The notes under the pieces: model-generated
Told to the model about the DNA's origin: nothing
The model's input: only the letters and a program-made list of their open reading frames with translations
The model's database searches: none
Shown: positions 9,057-19,083 of the stretch, piece after piece
Position numbering within the stretch: the first letter of the stretch is position 1
Layout of the letters: every line of letters begins with the position of its first letter
Made by a program: the position numbers and the translations under genes
IMG/VR virus record: IMGVR_UViG_3300032053_000104
Location: 1 to 53,283 of that record
Source: a virus
Lineage: Duplodnaviria; Caudoviricetes
Length of the DNA: 53,283 nt
Direction: 5' to 3' (one strand)

Positions 9057-12000
9057 TGTCATTTGACAAGACAGCAAAAAATAATATTTTATCGACTAAC
9101 AAACCTAAACTTTTTTCTTCTGCTTATACAAGAAGAATAATTGAAGGCGAGTCTAGCACAACAGCGAATTCAAGTGAAAATTTTGCCGAATATGCACTTG
9201 ATGCAACTTCTTCATTTAGATATGATCCACCTGGAATGGGTCTAAAGTCGACGCAGCAGATCAATATTGATTGGTCAAAATTCGAAAATCACACATTTTT
9301 CAACAGCGCAGAAGCTAAAGTCAATATTGCATTTGATAAAATTATCAATGAATTTCCATTTGATGGAACACGTCAAGAATATGAAGAATACATCGATTCA
9401 TTGACTGGTTTTGAAAAATGGGTTCTTGATGAATTTCCAAAAAGCAAAAGTTTCATAACATTCCCATCGGGAAATGAAGCATCAATATCAGTTACAGATT
9501 TCGCAGGAACAACGTTTTCATCACTTGCTAAAAACAAAACAGGTGATAAGATCATTGACCCGGACATAAAGTCGCTAACTCTAGAAATGCAGTTATATAT
9601 TGATCCGATAATAAATTATAGACAGGTTGTTTGTCAAAGTGTGTCAGGATCAGCGGGTAATTATTATGGATACACGGTTGGCGTCGATGCCTCAGCTTCT
9701 GCATCAACGGCTAATGTATTTTTTGTTGTAACATCAGGATCAAATGTTATTTCATCATCACTTGCTATTAGCAAGGGTGCATTTAATAATTTGGCTTTTA
9801 CGCTTGATCGGCGCGCAAGTGAACACAAAACAAAGATTTTTAAAAACAGCATATTGTTGTCAACATCATCAAATTCTATTGAGATGGGAACATTTAATTT
9901 TATAAATCAGCCACTGACAATAGGATCGGGAACAACACATCAATTTGCTGATGTCACTTGGGTACCTACGCAGTCATTTCATGGCGCAATTGATGAATTT
10001 AGATTATTTCATAACGTAAGATCAAGTGAAGATCTTAAAAGATATGCATTGAAGAATATTTTTCCTTCTAATGACCTGAAACTATATTTCAAATTCAATG
10101 AACCAACTGGTTCATTGGGAAATTTGACAAATGTTGTTATTGATAGCTCTGGAAATTCATTGCATAGTTTGATAACGAACTTTACGGGTTCAATGCGATC
10201 AACATCGTCAATTGGAACATCGCCAATGACACAAGAAAATGAAATATACAATCCCGTGTTATTCCCAGCACACGCGGAAGTAATTTCATTAAATGAAGAC
10301 CTTCTAACATCAGGCACTATATTTGATAGTAAAAATCCAAATTTAATAACCAAGCTGATTCCGTCACACTACCTCCAAGAAGGCCAAGCAGCTGAAGGGT
10401 TTGGGGAAGAAGATGGGACAATAGGCGATGCATACAGCGGAACGGGAATTCCCGGTTCGGGTGAAATGGGAACAACCCACCTCTTAATGTCTCTTCTGTT
10501 TGTATGGGCAAAATTCTTTGATGAATTGAAATTGATGATCGATCAATTCTCAGATGTTTTGAGTGTAGATTACGAAAATGATAGAGTTACACCAGATCAA
10601 TTTTTACCATTTATTTTTAAACAATATGGACTTGATTTACCGAACTTTTTTAGTAATTCTTCATTGAATCAATACACAAATGCTGAAGACGTGAATGGCG
10701 ATTACGGATATGCTTCATTAAGTCTAATGAGTGTTCAAAATCAAGTCTGGCGAAGAATACTTGCAAATATTAATGATATCATCAAATCAAAAGGAACAAT
10801 ACACTCTGTTAAAAGTTTTCTTCGTGCTGTCGGCATAAATCCAGACAGCACAGTTAGAATTAGGGAATATGGCGGACCAACAACAAGCAATCTAATTGAG
10901 TCAAGAGAAAATAAGACAGAAATATCGTCAATGATTGACATGTCGGGTACGCTTGCAAATGTATCAAATGCTGTTGATTCGCTTGGAATTCCTGTTGCAA
11001 AACCATTTTTACTATCATCATTTTTTTCAACACCACGCACAGAAGTCGGTATTCCTCTGCCATTAGGGACGTTTTCACAAAAGCAAACATATCCAATACA
11101 CGGCATTTCTAATGTTGATGCAGATGGCTACTGGACATCAGGATCTTTTACATATGAAGCAGTTTACAAGTTTGGACATCTGCCTTCTGGTTCACACTAC
11201 GCGACACAAAGCCTTGCAAGGTTTGCAGGTTCTGGCTCCATACACAACGTATGGGGAAATCTGCTTGCGATGTCAGGTGCTAATGAATCGAAAATTGTAT
11301 TTTATGCAAAGCCAAATAGAGATCCGACGTCAAATCTATTAAAGATGACACTTACGGGAACGAATATATTTGATGGAAATAAGTGGAATGTATCTATTGG
11401 CAGAACTAGAAATGACTTTATAGATAGTGAAATTTCTTCATCATGGTTTTTGAGAGTAGGAAATCAAACAAATGGAGAAATTACTAAAACATACATAACA
11501 AGTACGTTTTTTGATGAAATTTACCCGCTTTCGTCAAGAAATATTTTGCAGACTTATAATGGTGGAATAAGCTACAATAGCACTATTTTATCAATCGGAT
11601 CACAAAGTATTGATACACCTGGCTACATGTTAAATAATACATCTGTAGTAACTGACGAAGACGCAAGATACACTAATTTTTCTGGAAGAGTAGGACATAT
11701 TAGATTCTGGTCAAAAGCACTCGAATTAAATGAATGGGAAGCACATGTTTTAAATTTTAAGTCACTCGGTGTGCAAGATCCTAAAAAGAATTTTAATTTT
11801 AATACACAAACGTCTGGGTCGTTCGAGAGATTGAGGTTAGATGTTACTACTGATCAACAAGTGACAATGTCAAGTGCTTCTGGAAATATAACGTTATTTG
11901 ATTATACGCAGGGGCGTCATACGCCTTGGTCGTTCGTTGGACAAGATCTTAATAAGATTGAAGGCACGGGCTTTGAGATCAGTAAGCAAGTTATAAAACC

Positions 12001-12565
12001 AGAAATTTTTTACTATAGCATGATATCACCAAAATTTGATGAGGCATCAACCAGCAACAAGGTGCGCATTAGAGGTTTTCAGCATCAAGAAAATATTGAT
12101 CAATTTAATACAAATACATCACCTGTTTATGAAATTAATAAGTCAGAAATGCCTAGTGATGATACACGCTTTACTATAGATTTCTCGATAGTTGACGCAT
12201 TAAATGAAGATATGATAAGAATATTTTCAACTCTTGACGCTCTTGATAATATTTTGGGAGATCCGTCGCTTAATTTTTCTGATGATTATCCGCAACTTGA
12301 AGTCCTTAGAAATGTTTACTTTAATAGATTAACAGGCAAAATGAATTTGCAAGCATTTTTTGAACTCTTTAAGTGGTTTGATACATCAATTGGGACATTT
12401 ATCGAACAGCTAATTCCCAGAAAAACAAATTTTCTTGGAACAAACTTTGTAATTGAGTCACACATGCTTGAAAGACCAAAAGTAAGACATCATGGAGAGG
12501 ACATGTATTTAGAATATGATCTTAGAAGACGTTCAAATACTACAATCGTAGTTGATAATACATAG
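9056..12565 (+). CDS. Large baseplate wedge protein (gp7/P2 gpI-like) with two LamG-like domains
   Basis: 'KSKGTIHSVKSFLRAVG...IREYGG' gpI-type motif; LamG-like ends 'FHGAIDEFRLFH' and 'FSGRVGHIRFWSKAL'. Confidence 0.7.
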   Translation: MSFDKTAKNNILSTNKPKLFSSAYTRRIIEGESSTTANSSENFAEYALDATSSFRYDPPGMGLKSTQQINIDWSKFENHTFFNSAEAKVNIAFDKIINEFPFDGTRQEYEEYIDSLTGFEKWVLDEFPKSKSFITFPSGNEASISVTDFAGTTFSSLAKNKTGDKIIDPDIKSLTLEMQLYIDPIINYRQVVCQSVSGSAGNYYGYTVGVDASASASTANVFFVVTSGSNVISSSLAISKGAFNNLAFTLDRRASEHKTKIFKNSILLSTSSNSIEMGTFNFINQPLTIGSGTTHQFADVTWVPTQSFHGAIDEFRLFHNVRSSEDLKRYALKNIFPSNDLKLYFKFNEPTGSLGNLTNVVIDSSGNSLHSLITNFTGSMRSTSSIGTSPMTQENEIYNPVLFPAHAEVISLNEDLLTSGTIFDSKNPNLITKLIPSHYLQEGQAAEGFGEEDGTIGDAYSGTGIPGSGEMGTTHLLMSLLFVWAKFFDELKLMIDQFSDVLSVDYENDRVTPDQFLPFIFKQYGLDLPNFFSNSSLNQYTNAEDVNGDYGYASLSLMSVQNQVWRRILANINDIIKSKGTIHSVKSFLRAVGINPDSTVRIREYGGPTTSNLIESRENKTEISSMIDMSGTLANVSNAVDSLGIPVAKPFLLSSFFSTPRTEVGIPLPLGTFSQKQTYPIHGISNVDADGYWTSGSFTYEAVYKFGHLPSGSHYATQSLARFAGSGSIHNVWGNLLAMSGANESKIVFYAKPNRDPTSNLLKMTLTGTNIFDGNKWNVSIGRTRNDFIDSEISSSWFLRVGNQTNGEITKTYITSTFFDEIYPLSSRNILQTYNGGISYNSTILSIGSQSIDTPGYMLNNTSVVTDEDARYTNFSGRVGHIRFWSKALELNEWEAHVLNFKSLGVQDPKKNFNFNTQTSGSFERLRLDVTTDQQVTMSSASGNITLFDYTQGRHTPWSFVGQDLNKIEGTGFEISKQVIKPEIFYYSMISPKFDEASTSNKVRIRGFQHQENIDQFNTNTSPVYEINKSEMPSDDTRFTIDFSIVDALNEDMIRIFSTLDALDNILGDPSLNFSDDYPQLEVLRNVYFNRLTGKMNLQAFFELFKWFDTSIGTFIEQLIPRKTNFLGTNFVIESHMLERPKVRHHGEDMYLEYDLRRRSNTTIVVDNT

Positions 12566-12627
12566 TAGAATCACATTAGTGAAAAGTGATTGAGCGCCAT
12601 AGTTTAAGGCATAGAGGAAAATAAAAG

Positions 12628-15069
12628 ATGTCAACTTCTGTCACAACGGGAACAGATACAAGCGATATTAATCATCTTAAACAGGGCATTTACGCGCACG
12701 GGCCGTTTGAAAGAAGAGCATTTCTTCCAATTATTGGCCCAGAAGTTGATGGTTTTTTTCTTTCACAAAGTGTTTTTGGACAATCAAAAACATTCTCAGA
12801 TGATACGAGATTTGTTGATTTAGAAGATTTTAATCCAGTTACGTATATTAACTCAAGCGGATCAAATCTCTACCCAAGCATAGTAAAGAATGTAGACATA
12901 CGCACACCAGCGCAGTCAGATGGTACTATTGAAGCGCTTACAATAAGAAAAAGCATTGCAAGAACATCGCAGTCTACTTTTTTGACAGAACATTCGGTCA
13001 AAGGTCATGTACAGGAAGGCAATGAAGACGTTAATGGTAGAACAGATGCAATCACGCAATTTTATGAGCCTGGCCTTGTAACTGAATACGAGGCAAGAGA
13101 TTCTATAGATTCTATTTATAGGAACTTAGTAAGATCCAATGACGCTTTGCATCATTGGCCACTAGATGATTTATCAACAACTGCAATTCCTATTGTCGGA
13201 TCTGTCAATTTAGTAGGCGGACCTTTGCATGAACCTACGACACAAGTTGCAGGTTTAACTGGGCAAGCATTTAGTTTCAATGGTACATCTGATTATATCA
13301 CTTCAGATGCTGATATCATATTGACAACTTACTCAAGAGTAGTTTTTGAAGCATTAATTTATGTTCAACAACACGATGGCGCACAAAGAACGTGCTGGGA
13401 ATTATCAGATCTGCCTAACATGTTTGCAGGCGTGGGTACATTGAGATTTGATCTTGACGGCTTCGACGGCGGCGGATCAGAAGCGGCACTTACAAATGGT
13501 GATGTAGGAGTAAACTCGGGTTATGGGGATCGAATAACTGAAGGGCAGTGGACACATGTCGCTGTCGTCTATGACTATAGTTTACCAGGCTCAGGCGAAA
13601 CAGAAATTTATCATGACGGAATTTTACAATCAAGAACTGCTTTTGATTCAAGTAACAATACGGGTTTATTTGGAAGTTATCCATTAACGCTCGGATCTAG
13701 AAAAAACATCGGTCAATATGCAAAATTTAAAATTCAACACTTGGCAATTTACGGCGGAAGCGGATTTACACCAGCGAAAATTTTGCAGCATGCAAATCTT
13801 GCACATTCAATGTTACCACCCAGAAAAATTAAAAGCTTTAATCCGTATTATGACGGCGGAACTTATATTACAGCTATAAGTGGCTATGCGGGAGGTACAG
13901 TTGCTTCAACTATAACAACAACAGTAGCGTATACGGGTACAACTGCTAGTTATGTAATACCAGAAAACACGGGTCAAATAGATTTTTATGTGTGGGGCGC
14001 CGGAGGCGGAACAGGACGCTGGCCGACTTATTGGGGCGGTGGCGCTGGAGGTTTTGTTAGTGGCACAATCACAAATCTTACTGCAGGACAAACTCTTTAT
14101 ATGATTGTCGGCGGCTCAGGAAGCAGCCTTACAGGCACATCGGGCGATTTTGGTGGCCTTGGAGGCTACGGCGGTGGTGGTTACGGTACAATGGGAGATT
14201 CGTCAGGCGGCGGTGGCGGCGGTTACAGCGGGATATTTTTTAACTCTATAACGCAATCTAATGCAATTGTTATTGCAGGCGGCGGCGGCGGCGGAACGGG
14301 CTGGGCAGCTGGTGGCGGCGGCGGCGGCGCAACTGGCGGCGCTGGATTTGGTAATGGCGAGTCTGGCGCCGGAGGCCTTGGCGGTACACAAATCGCAGGA
14401 GGCGCAGATTCAAGCGGTGCAGGAGGAGAGAGCGCAGGTCGTCCTTTGCAAGGAGGTCATCCAAGTGGATTTATAGATGTTTCTAGCTTTGAAGACGGCG
14501 GCGGCGGCGGCGGCGGATATTTTGGCGGTGGCGCCGGCGGCGTCGATGCAAAAGCGGGCGGCGGAGGTAGTGATTATGTTAATGCAACATATGTTACGAC
14601 GTATTCCATGTTTCAGGGACAGCATGGCGCTGCATCAGATTACGCGTACCCGTCAGGAAGTGCATTGATTTCATATTATGGTCTGACTGGTTCTACTGGG
14701 CTGGGCGCAATATGGGATGGATCAGATCCTAATGGTTACGGCGGCAATGGTGCTATTGTTATTGTTACGTCTATACTATCACCATTAACTCCAATATATG
14801 ATTATTCAAACGCACTGAGAATAGATTCGCAAGGAACGGCAACAAGTGACGTGCACATAACACAACCGTTTGATGATACGAGCGATGATTCATTTGACAT
14901 GCTAGATGTCACATTAACGGGCGATGACGTAAAAAATGCTTTAAACGAAATGAGCCCCGATGCAGACAATTTTATTCCACAAAATCATAGATCGACTGGC
15001 GCAGGATTTACTTATGACAATAACCCAATCGGAACAGACTCAATTGCATATGGAGGACTTAAGAGATGA
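12628..15069 (+). CDS. Virion protein with LamG-like and glycine-rich (polyglycine) domains; candidate adhesin
   Basis: 'HHWPLDD...AFSFNGTSDYI...WTHVAVVYD' LamG-like; 'YVWGAGGG', 'IVIAGGGGGG', 'GGGGGYFGGG' Gly-rich domain. Confidence 0.65.
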   Translation: MSTSVTTGTDTSDINHLKQGIYAHGPFERRAFLPIIGPEVDGFFLSQSVFGQSKTFSDDTRFVDLEDFNPVTYINSSGSNLYPSIVKNVDIRTPAQSDGTIEALTIRKSIARTSQSTFLTEHSVKGHVQEGNEDVNGRTDAITQFYEPGLVTEYEARDSIDSIYRNLVRSNDALHHWPLDDLSTTAIPIVGSVNLVGGPLHEPTTQVAGLTGQAFSFNGTSDYITSDADIILTTYSRVVFEALIYVQQHDGAQRTCWELSDLPNMFAGVGTLRFDLDGFDGGGSEAALTNGDVGVNSGYGDRITEGQWTHVAVVYDYSLPGSGETEIYHDGILQSRTAFDSSNNTGLFGSYPLTLGSRKNIGQYAKFKIQHLAIYGGSGFTPAKILQHANLAHSMLPPRKIKSFNPYYDGGTYITAISGYAGGTVASTITTTVAYTGTTASYVIPENTGQIDFYVWGAGGGTGRWPTYWGGGAGGFVSGTITNLTAGQTLYMIVGGSGSSLTGTSGDFGGLGGYGGGGYGTMGDSSGGGGGGYSGIFFNSITQSNAIVIAGGGGGGTGWAAGGGGGGATGGAGFGNGESGAGGLGGTQIAGGADSSGAGGESAGRPLQGGHPSGFIDVSSFEDGGGGGGGYFGGGAGGVDAKAGGGGSDYVNATYVTTYSMFQGQHGAASDYAYPSGSALISYYGLTGSTGLGAIWDGSDPNGYGGNGAIVIVTSILSPLTPIYDYSNALRIDSQGTATSDVHITQPFDDTSDDSFDMLDVTLTGDDVKNALNEMSPDADNFIPQNHRSTGAGFTYDNNPIGTDSIAYGGLKR

Positions 15070-18000
15070 GTTCGGGCTTTAGAAATATTCCTCCAAGATT
15101 GCAGCTTCGTGAAAAAGACAACCTGGAAGGCAAAAATCCAACAGTTGCACGTTCAGGAATGCGAACGGGTGTTTTCACGTCGTCTTTTAATGATACGTCG
15201 ACAATTATTTTTGATCAAATAACAAAGGGAACATTTCCTCAAATGTTGCCCGTTAATTCACAATATGTTTCTGCGTCATATATTACCGGCGCGATGGCAG
15301 TAAGAAAGTATGCAAGTGATAGCTTGATTAATTTTTATAATGCTACACCTGGATTTGGGCCATTTGTAGAACATGCGCACTTTGAACAATCACAGGATCC
15401 TTTCTTTTTGACAACATCAACCGATCCAAGATTTGATGAAAAATTAAGAGACAAAGTTGCAATAAGAATTGATATTTCTGCTGCAGAAGATCATATCTTT
15501 ACTAGGGCCGCACAAAAAATTTGCAATACACGCGATCCACAGGGCAGATTTTTAAATAGAGATATAACGGGATTTAGCTATTTTAATTTTGCAAGAAAAA
15601 AATGGGAAATGATTGGTTTAACAGATCCAGAAACTGGTGGCAACCTTCATTTTGATACACGAGTAGACGGTTATCAAACTTCTGTAACGAGCGGAACAAA
15701 TCACTGGCCGTCTCAATTCATTGGTTATGATGGTTCTTGGACAAAAGATTCTTTACCTGCAGATGCGCTTACAACTAGAAAATTGATAGGCTCACCAACA
15801 GTTACAAACTTCGCACCATTTGCAAACAAATATCATGCTACATCGAGTCAATTAATAAATATTAGTGATTATATTAATGAGCCGTTTTTTCTTGAAAAAG
15901 TTGTAGTTAATTTGCCAATAATGGCAGAACGAAAAAGTGACAGCAAAGCATTGTCTGGTAGCGCAAATTATTCATTAGCGCAAGATGATTACGTTTTCTT
16001 TATGTATCGCCAAGAACAAAGTTACTTTATAACTGCGTCTGACAATAGCTATTGGACGCAACCTGGAGGTTTGTCGCGCCACAAGCATAGATCAAAATCA
16101 GAATGGGCAACGGGAAGTATGCGATATATTATTTGCAGCGGCGTAATGACATTCTATAATAATCTACAGTCTGTTGCGTCAGGAACAAATGGTTCACAAG
16201 CACCGATAACATGGGCACCCGTTAATACGCCAGCTTTTAAATATGATTTTAATGTTGACCCAACAGATACAACGGCACAGAATGCAGCTGTTTATACAGG
16301 AAGTGTACAACTTAATATCACGCCCGCAGTTGCATCACCATATATGGCAAAAGAATGGTGTGTTGCTAACACATTTAACGCATCAACTGCAAAAATAGTC
16401 CAGTACTGGCCTGGCGGAACGACATGTTTACCGTTTGGCCCAGAGGGCGCATCTTTTATTACAAGTAAAGCAGGCGTGTCAGGTAAAGCATTTTTAACAT
16501 ATCCAGGAGATCTTTGGGAAGTAACAATTGGTGCAATATGGGCATCTACGTGGAAAATACTTAAAAGCACATTTGTTAATGAGGAATTTGGAGGTGCGAC
16601 ATATAGTTGGTTTGGTTCTGGTGCAGAGGGCGCAAATTTCAAAACAGCAAAAAGAAATCTAATAGAAAAACTTGACCAAAGAACACAAAAGCCATTAGGC
16701 GGAAATCAATCGGGAGATACGTCTGTATCTGGAACTTTATATGCACAGCAATCAGCCGAATCAGGTTATGTTGTATTGCCAGGTGATAAGTTTGTAATAG
16801 GAATAGAAGCAGCTCTCGGCTATCCATCTTTGAGAACTTTTAGCTCGCCCGCTTCATATGCTGAGAATTACGCATATTACACAAATACGATAACAGGATC
16901 TGTGCTTACTGTTGGTACGGGATCTGCTACAATTACGCTTTACGGTTCTTACATCAAAGAAGGAAAACCAACGCAAGCGCATAGCAATCAGTTTTTGACG
17001 TCTGACGCAGTATCAGAAACAATTTTTGAAACTATAAGTGATCAATTTATAATTTATCCTCGTGAACAGTGGGCAGGATCTTATACAGATAATATATTTT
17101 CTGGAACGTTTGATATAACAAAACCACAAATTTCAAGTAGAAATATTTTCTTTTCTGATACGTCATTAGCAAAGTTTATTAATATTTCTGGGCAAATTTC
17201 TAATTTTAATGTGATAACAGACAATTATCAATATCCAGGTTGGCCGGGTTTGAATTCATATTCAAGTCGAACAGTATCATTTCCGCGTCGTCAGGCTGGT
17301 AAACTTAATTTATTTTCATCAAGCGAAATTTTATATGATACTATGTTACCAGGAATAGAAGAATATATTGTTACACTCGGCGCTGTACAAACAAGTTCAT
17401 ATGTTTTATCATCATCTACGCCAGGCTATCACACACCAGAATCTGCTGGATTAAAAGGTAAGTTTTTTAAATTTCCTTCAACGGGATTTGGCGGATCAAC
17501 AGTAACAGCACAAGGAAATACATACACGCCTTCTATTGTTTCACCAATAGTTGAAGAACGTAACGTCGGTTACACGAATCCTTATCCATATAAGCAGAAT
17601 CCCGACAGGCCATTGGTTGATAAAGAAGTATATATTATTTTAACTGGCACATTAGCATCAAATCCACTCGGCTTATCAAATTCAGATTATTTCGAGTGGG
17701 TTGCAGTTAATCAAGATTTTGTAAAAGAAATACTCTTCACAAGGGGAAGCGTTTTTTCATCTAATGGTTTAGGGTGGCGTTCAAGCAACGATGCTGTTAG
17801 AAGACATAGTTATCTTTCTGGAAGTACGCAGACAAAATATGGAATTGCGTCTATCAAGAAACATTTTTCAAAGCAGATCTATAGACATGATAACTATGGA
17901 CAATTTAGAGATATGCTTGAGGGAAGAAAGTTTACTACTTTCTATGATGTAGGTGAAAGTTCAATTAATAAAAAAGCTAGTATCTCTGGCAAAGTAGATG

Positions 18001-18158
18001 GACCAGTTGTAATCAAATTCTGGAATAGAGAAAATGAAAGCTTCGCAATTTCTTCTGCCGCATCATATTTGTCAGGATCATCTAATAGAAGCGTATATGC
18101 AACTTCATCTATGCCATATATAGATGGTGAATATTATAATTGGAGTACAGTTTTATAA
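15066..18158 (+). CDS. Large putative virion structural protein
   Basis: 1030 aa, S/T/G/aromatic-rich, ATGA overlap with the previous gene; no family recognised. Confidence 0.5.
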   Translation: MSSGFRNIPPRLQLREKDNLEGKNPTVARSGMRTGVFTSSFNDTSTIIFDQITKGTFPQMLPVNSQYVSASYITGAMAVRKYASDSLINFYNATPGFGPFVEHAHFEQSQDPFFLTTSTDPRFDEKLRDKVAIRIDISAAEDHIFTRAAQKICNTRDPQGRFLNRDITGFSYFNFARKKWEMIGLTDPETGGNLHFDTRVDGYQTSVTSGTNHWPSQFIGYDGSWTKDSLPADALTTRKLIGSPTVTNFAPFANKYHATSSQLINISDYINEPFFLEKVVVNLPIMAERKSDSKALSGSANYSLAQDDYVFFMYRQEQSYFITASDNSYWTQPGGLSRHKHRSKSEWATGSMRYIICSGVMTFYNNLQSVASGTNGSQAPITWAPVNTPAFKYDFNVDPTDTTAQNAAVYTGSVQLNITPAVASPYMAKEWCVANTFNASTAKIVQYWPGGTTCLPFGPEGASFITSKAGVSGKAFLTYPGDLWEVTIGAIWASTWKILKSTFVNEEFGGATYSWFGSGAEGANFKTAKRNLIEKLDQRTQKPLGGNQSGDTSVSGTLYAQQSAESGYVVLPGDKFVIGIEAALGYPSLRTFSSPASYAENYAYYTNTITGSVLTVGTGSATITLYGSYIKEGKPTQAHSNQFLTSDAVSETIFETISDQFIIYPREQWAGSYTDNIFSGTFDITKPQISSRNIFFSDTSLAKFINISGQISNFNVITDNYQYPGWPGLNSYSSRTVSFPRRQAGKLNLFSSSEILYDTMLPGIEEYIVTLGAVQTSSYVLSSSTPGYHTPESAGLKGKFFKFPSTGFGGSTVTAQGNTYTPSIVSPIVEERNVGYTNPYPYKQNPDRPLVDKEVYIILTGTLASNPLGLSNSDYFEWVAVNQDFVKEILFTRGSVFSSNGLGWRSSNDAVRRHSYLSGSTQTKYGIASIKKHFSKQIYRHDNYGQFRDMLEGRKFTTFYDVGESSINKKASISGKVDGPVVIKFWNRENESFAISSAASYLSGSSNRSVYATSSMPYIDGEYYNWSTVL

Positions 18159-19075
18159 TGGCGGGAATTCTCGATAGTAAGACAAGAGTATTCGACACAG
18201 TCCTTACGACAGAAGGCCGCCGCCAGATAGCAAATCAAGATTTCGATATTTCATTTGCATCATTTACTGATTCAGGCGTTTTTTATGAGGCTGATGTTGT
18301 TAGCGGTTCTACTGATCCAACGACAAGAATTTATTTTGAGGCACCATCGTCGCTTCGTAAAGATCAAATTACTATCATAACAGACGATAATGGTTTAATG
18401 TTGCCATTTTTTGGTGCTGGCGATGATTTATTTTTATCAAATAATAATGTTTTTGCGAGCGGATCTTCATCAAGATTGCAACAAGATAATTTCACTGAGG
18501 CAGTTGGGAGGTTACTCGATGCGTCTATTGACAATTACATTGATTTAAGATTGATTGGCTCAAAGAATGAGATATTAGAAGAAGATGGATTTGCATTAAG
18601 CACAAATACTGTAAATTTTACTGTCACAGATCGTATGCCGTTTGATATAACAAGAGATTTGACAGAAATAGTTGTTGAAGAATCACCAAGCATGTTTCAT
18701 GATGCAAGACTTACACATATACGAAATTTTAAATATATGCCACCCGTGTGTAAGTCAGAAACAAAAGCAATAGGTGTTTTTCCTTGCCAAGGTCAAGAAC
18801 CTTATTCATATAAGCAACTCGTAAGTGATATCTCAAAAAGAGAAAAGCACACAGTGACTTTTCCAGACAGCTCAAGAGATAATAATATTTTTTCTCAAAT
18901 GTTTGAAGTGTCTGGAAAAAGCATGACAAAGCTTGATGTAATTGATTATGGTGAAGTAATTATTGACAATGACAGTGATAACATAGTTAAGAGAATATTT
19001 TTTGTAGGAAAGATTATAGTAGATGGAAATAATTCGCCAACATTTTTAAATCAATTTACATTGATTTATGATTGA
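18158..19075 (+). CDS. Putative baseplate protein (paralogous N-terminus with 27663..28385)
   Basis: Start moved to ATG 18158 (TAATG overlap); N-terminus 'MAGILDSKTRVFDTVLTTEGRRQIA'. Confidence 0.5.
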   Translation: MAGILDSKTRVFDTVLTTEGRRQIANQDFDISFASFTDSGVFYEADVVSGSTDPTTRIYFEAPSSLRKDQITIITDDNGLMLPFFGAGDDLFLSNNNVFASGSSSRLQQDNFTEAVGRLLDASIDNYIDLRLIGSKNEILEEDGFALSTNTVNFTVTDRMPFDITRDLTEIVVEESPSMFHDARLTHIRNFKYMPPVCKSETKAIGVFPCQGQEPYSYKQLVSDISKREKHTVTFPDSSRDNNIFSQMFEVSGKSMTKLDVIDYGEVIIDNDSDNIVKRIFFVGKIIVDGNNSPTFLNQFTLIYD

Positions 19076-19083
19076 GGATAAAA

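Noticed and set aside
14200-14570. GGC tandem repeats as a contingency or microsatellite locus
   Set aside because: They are in-frame codons for the polyglycine domain; triplet slippage would not switch phase.
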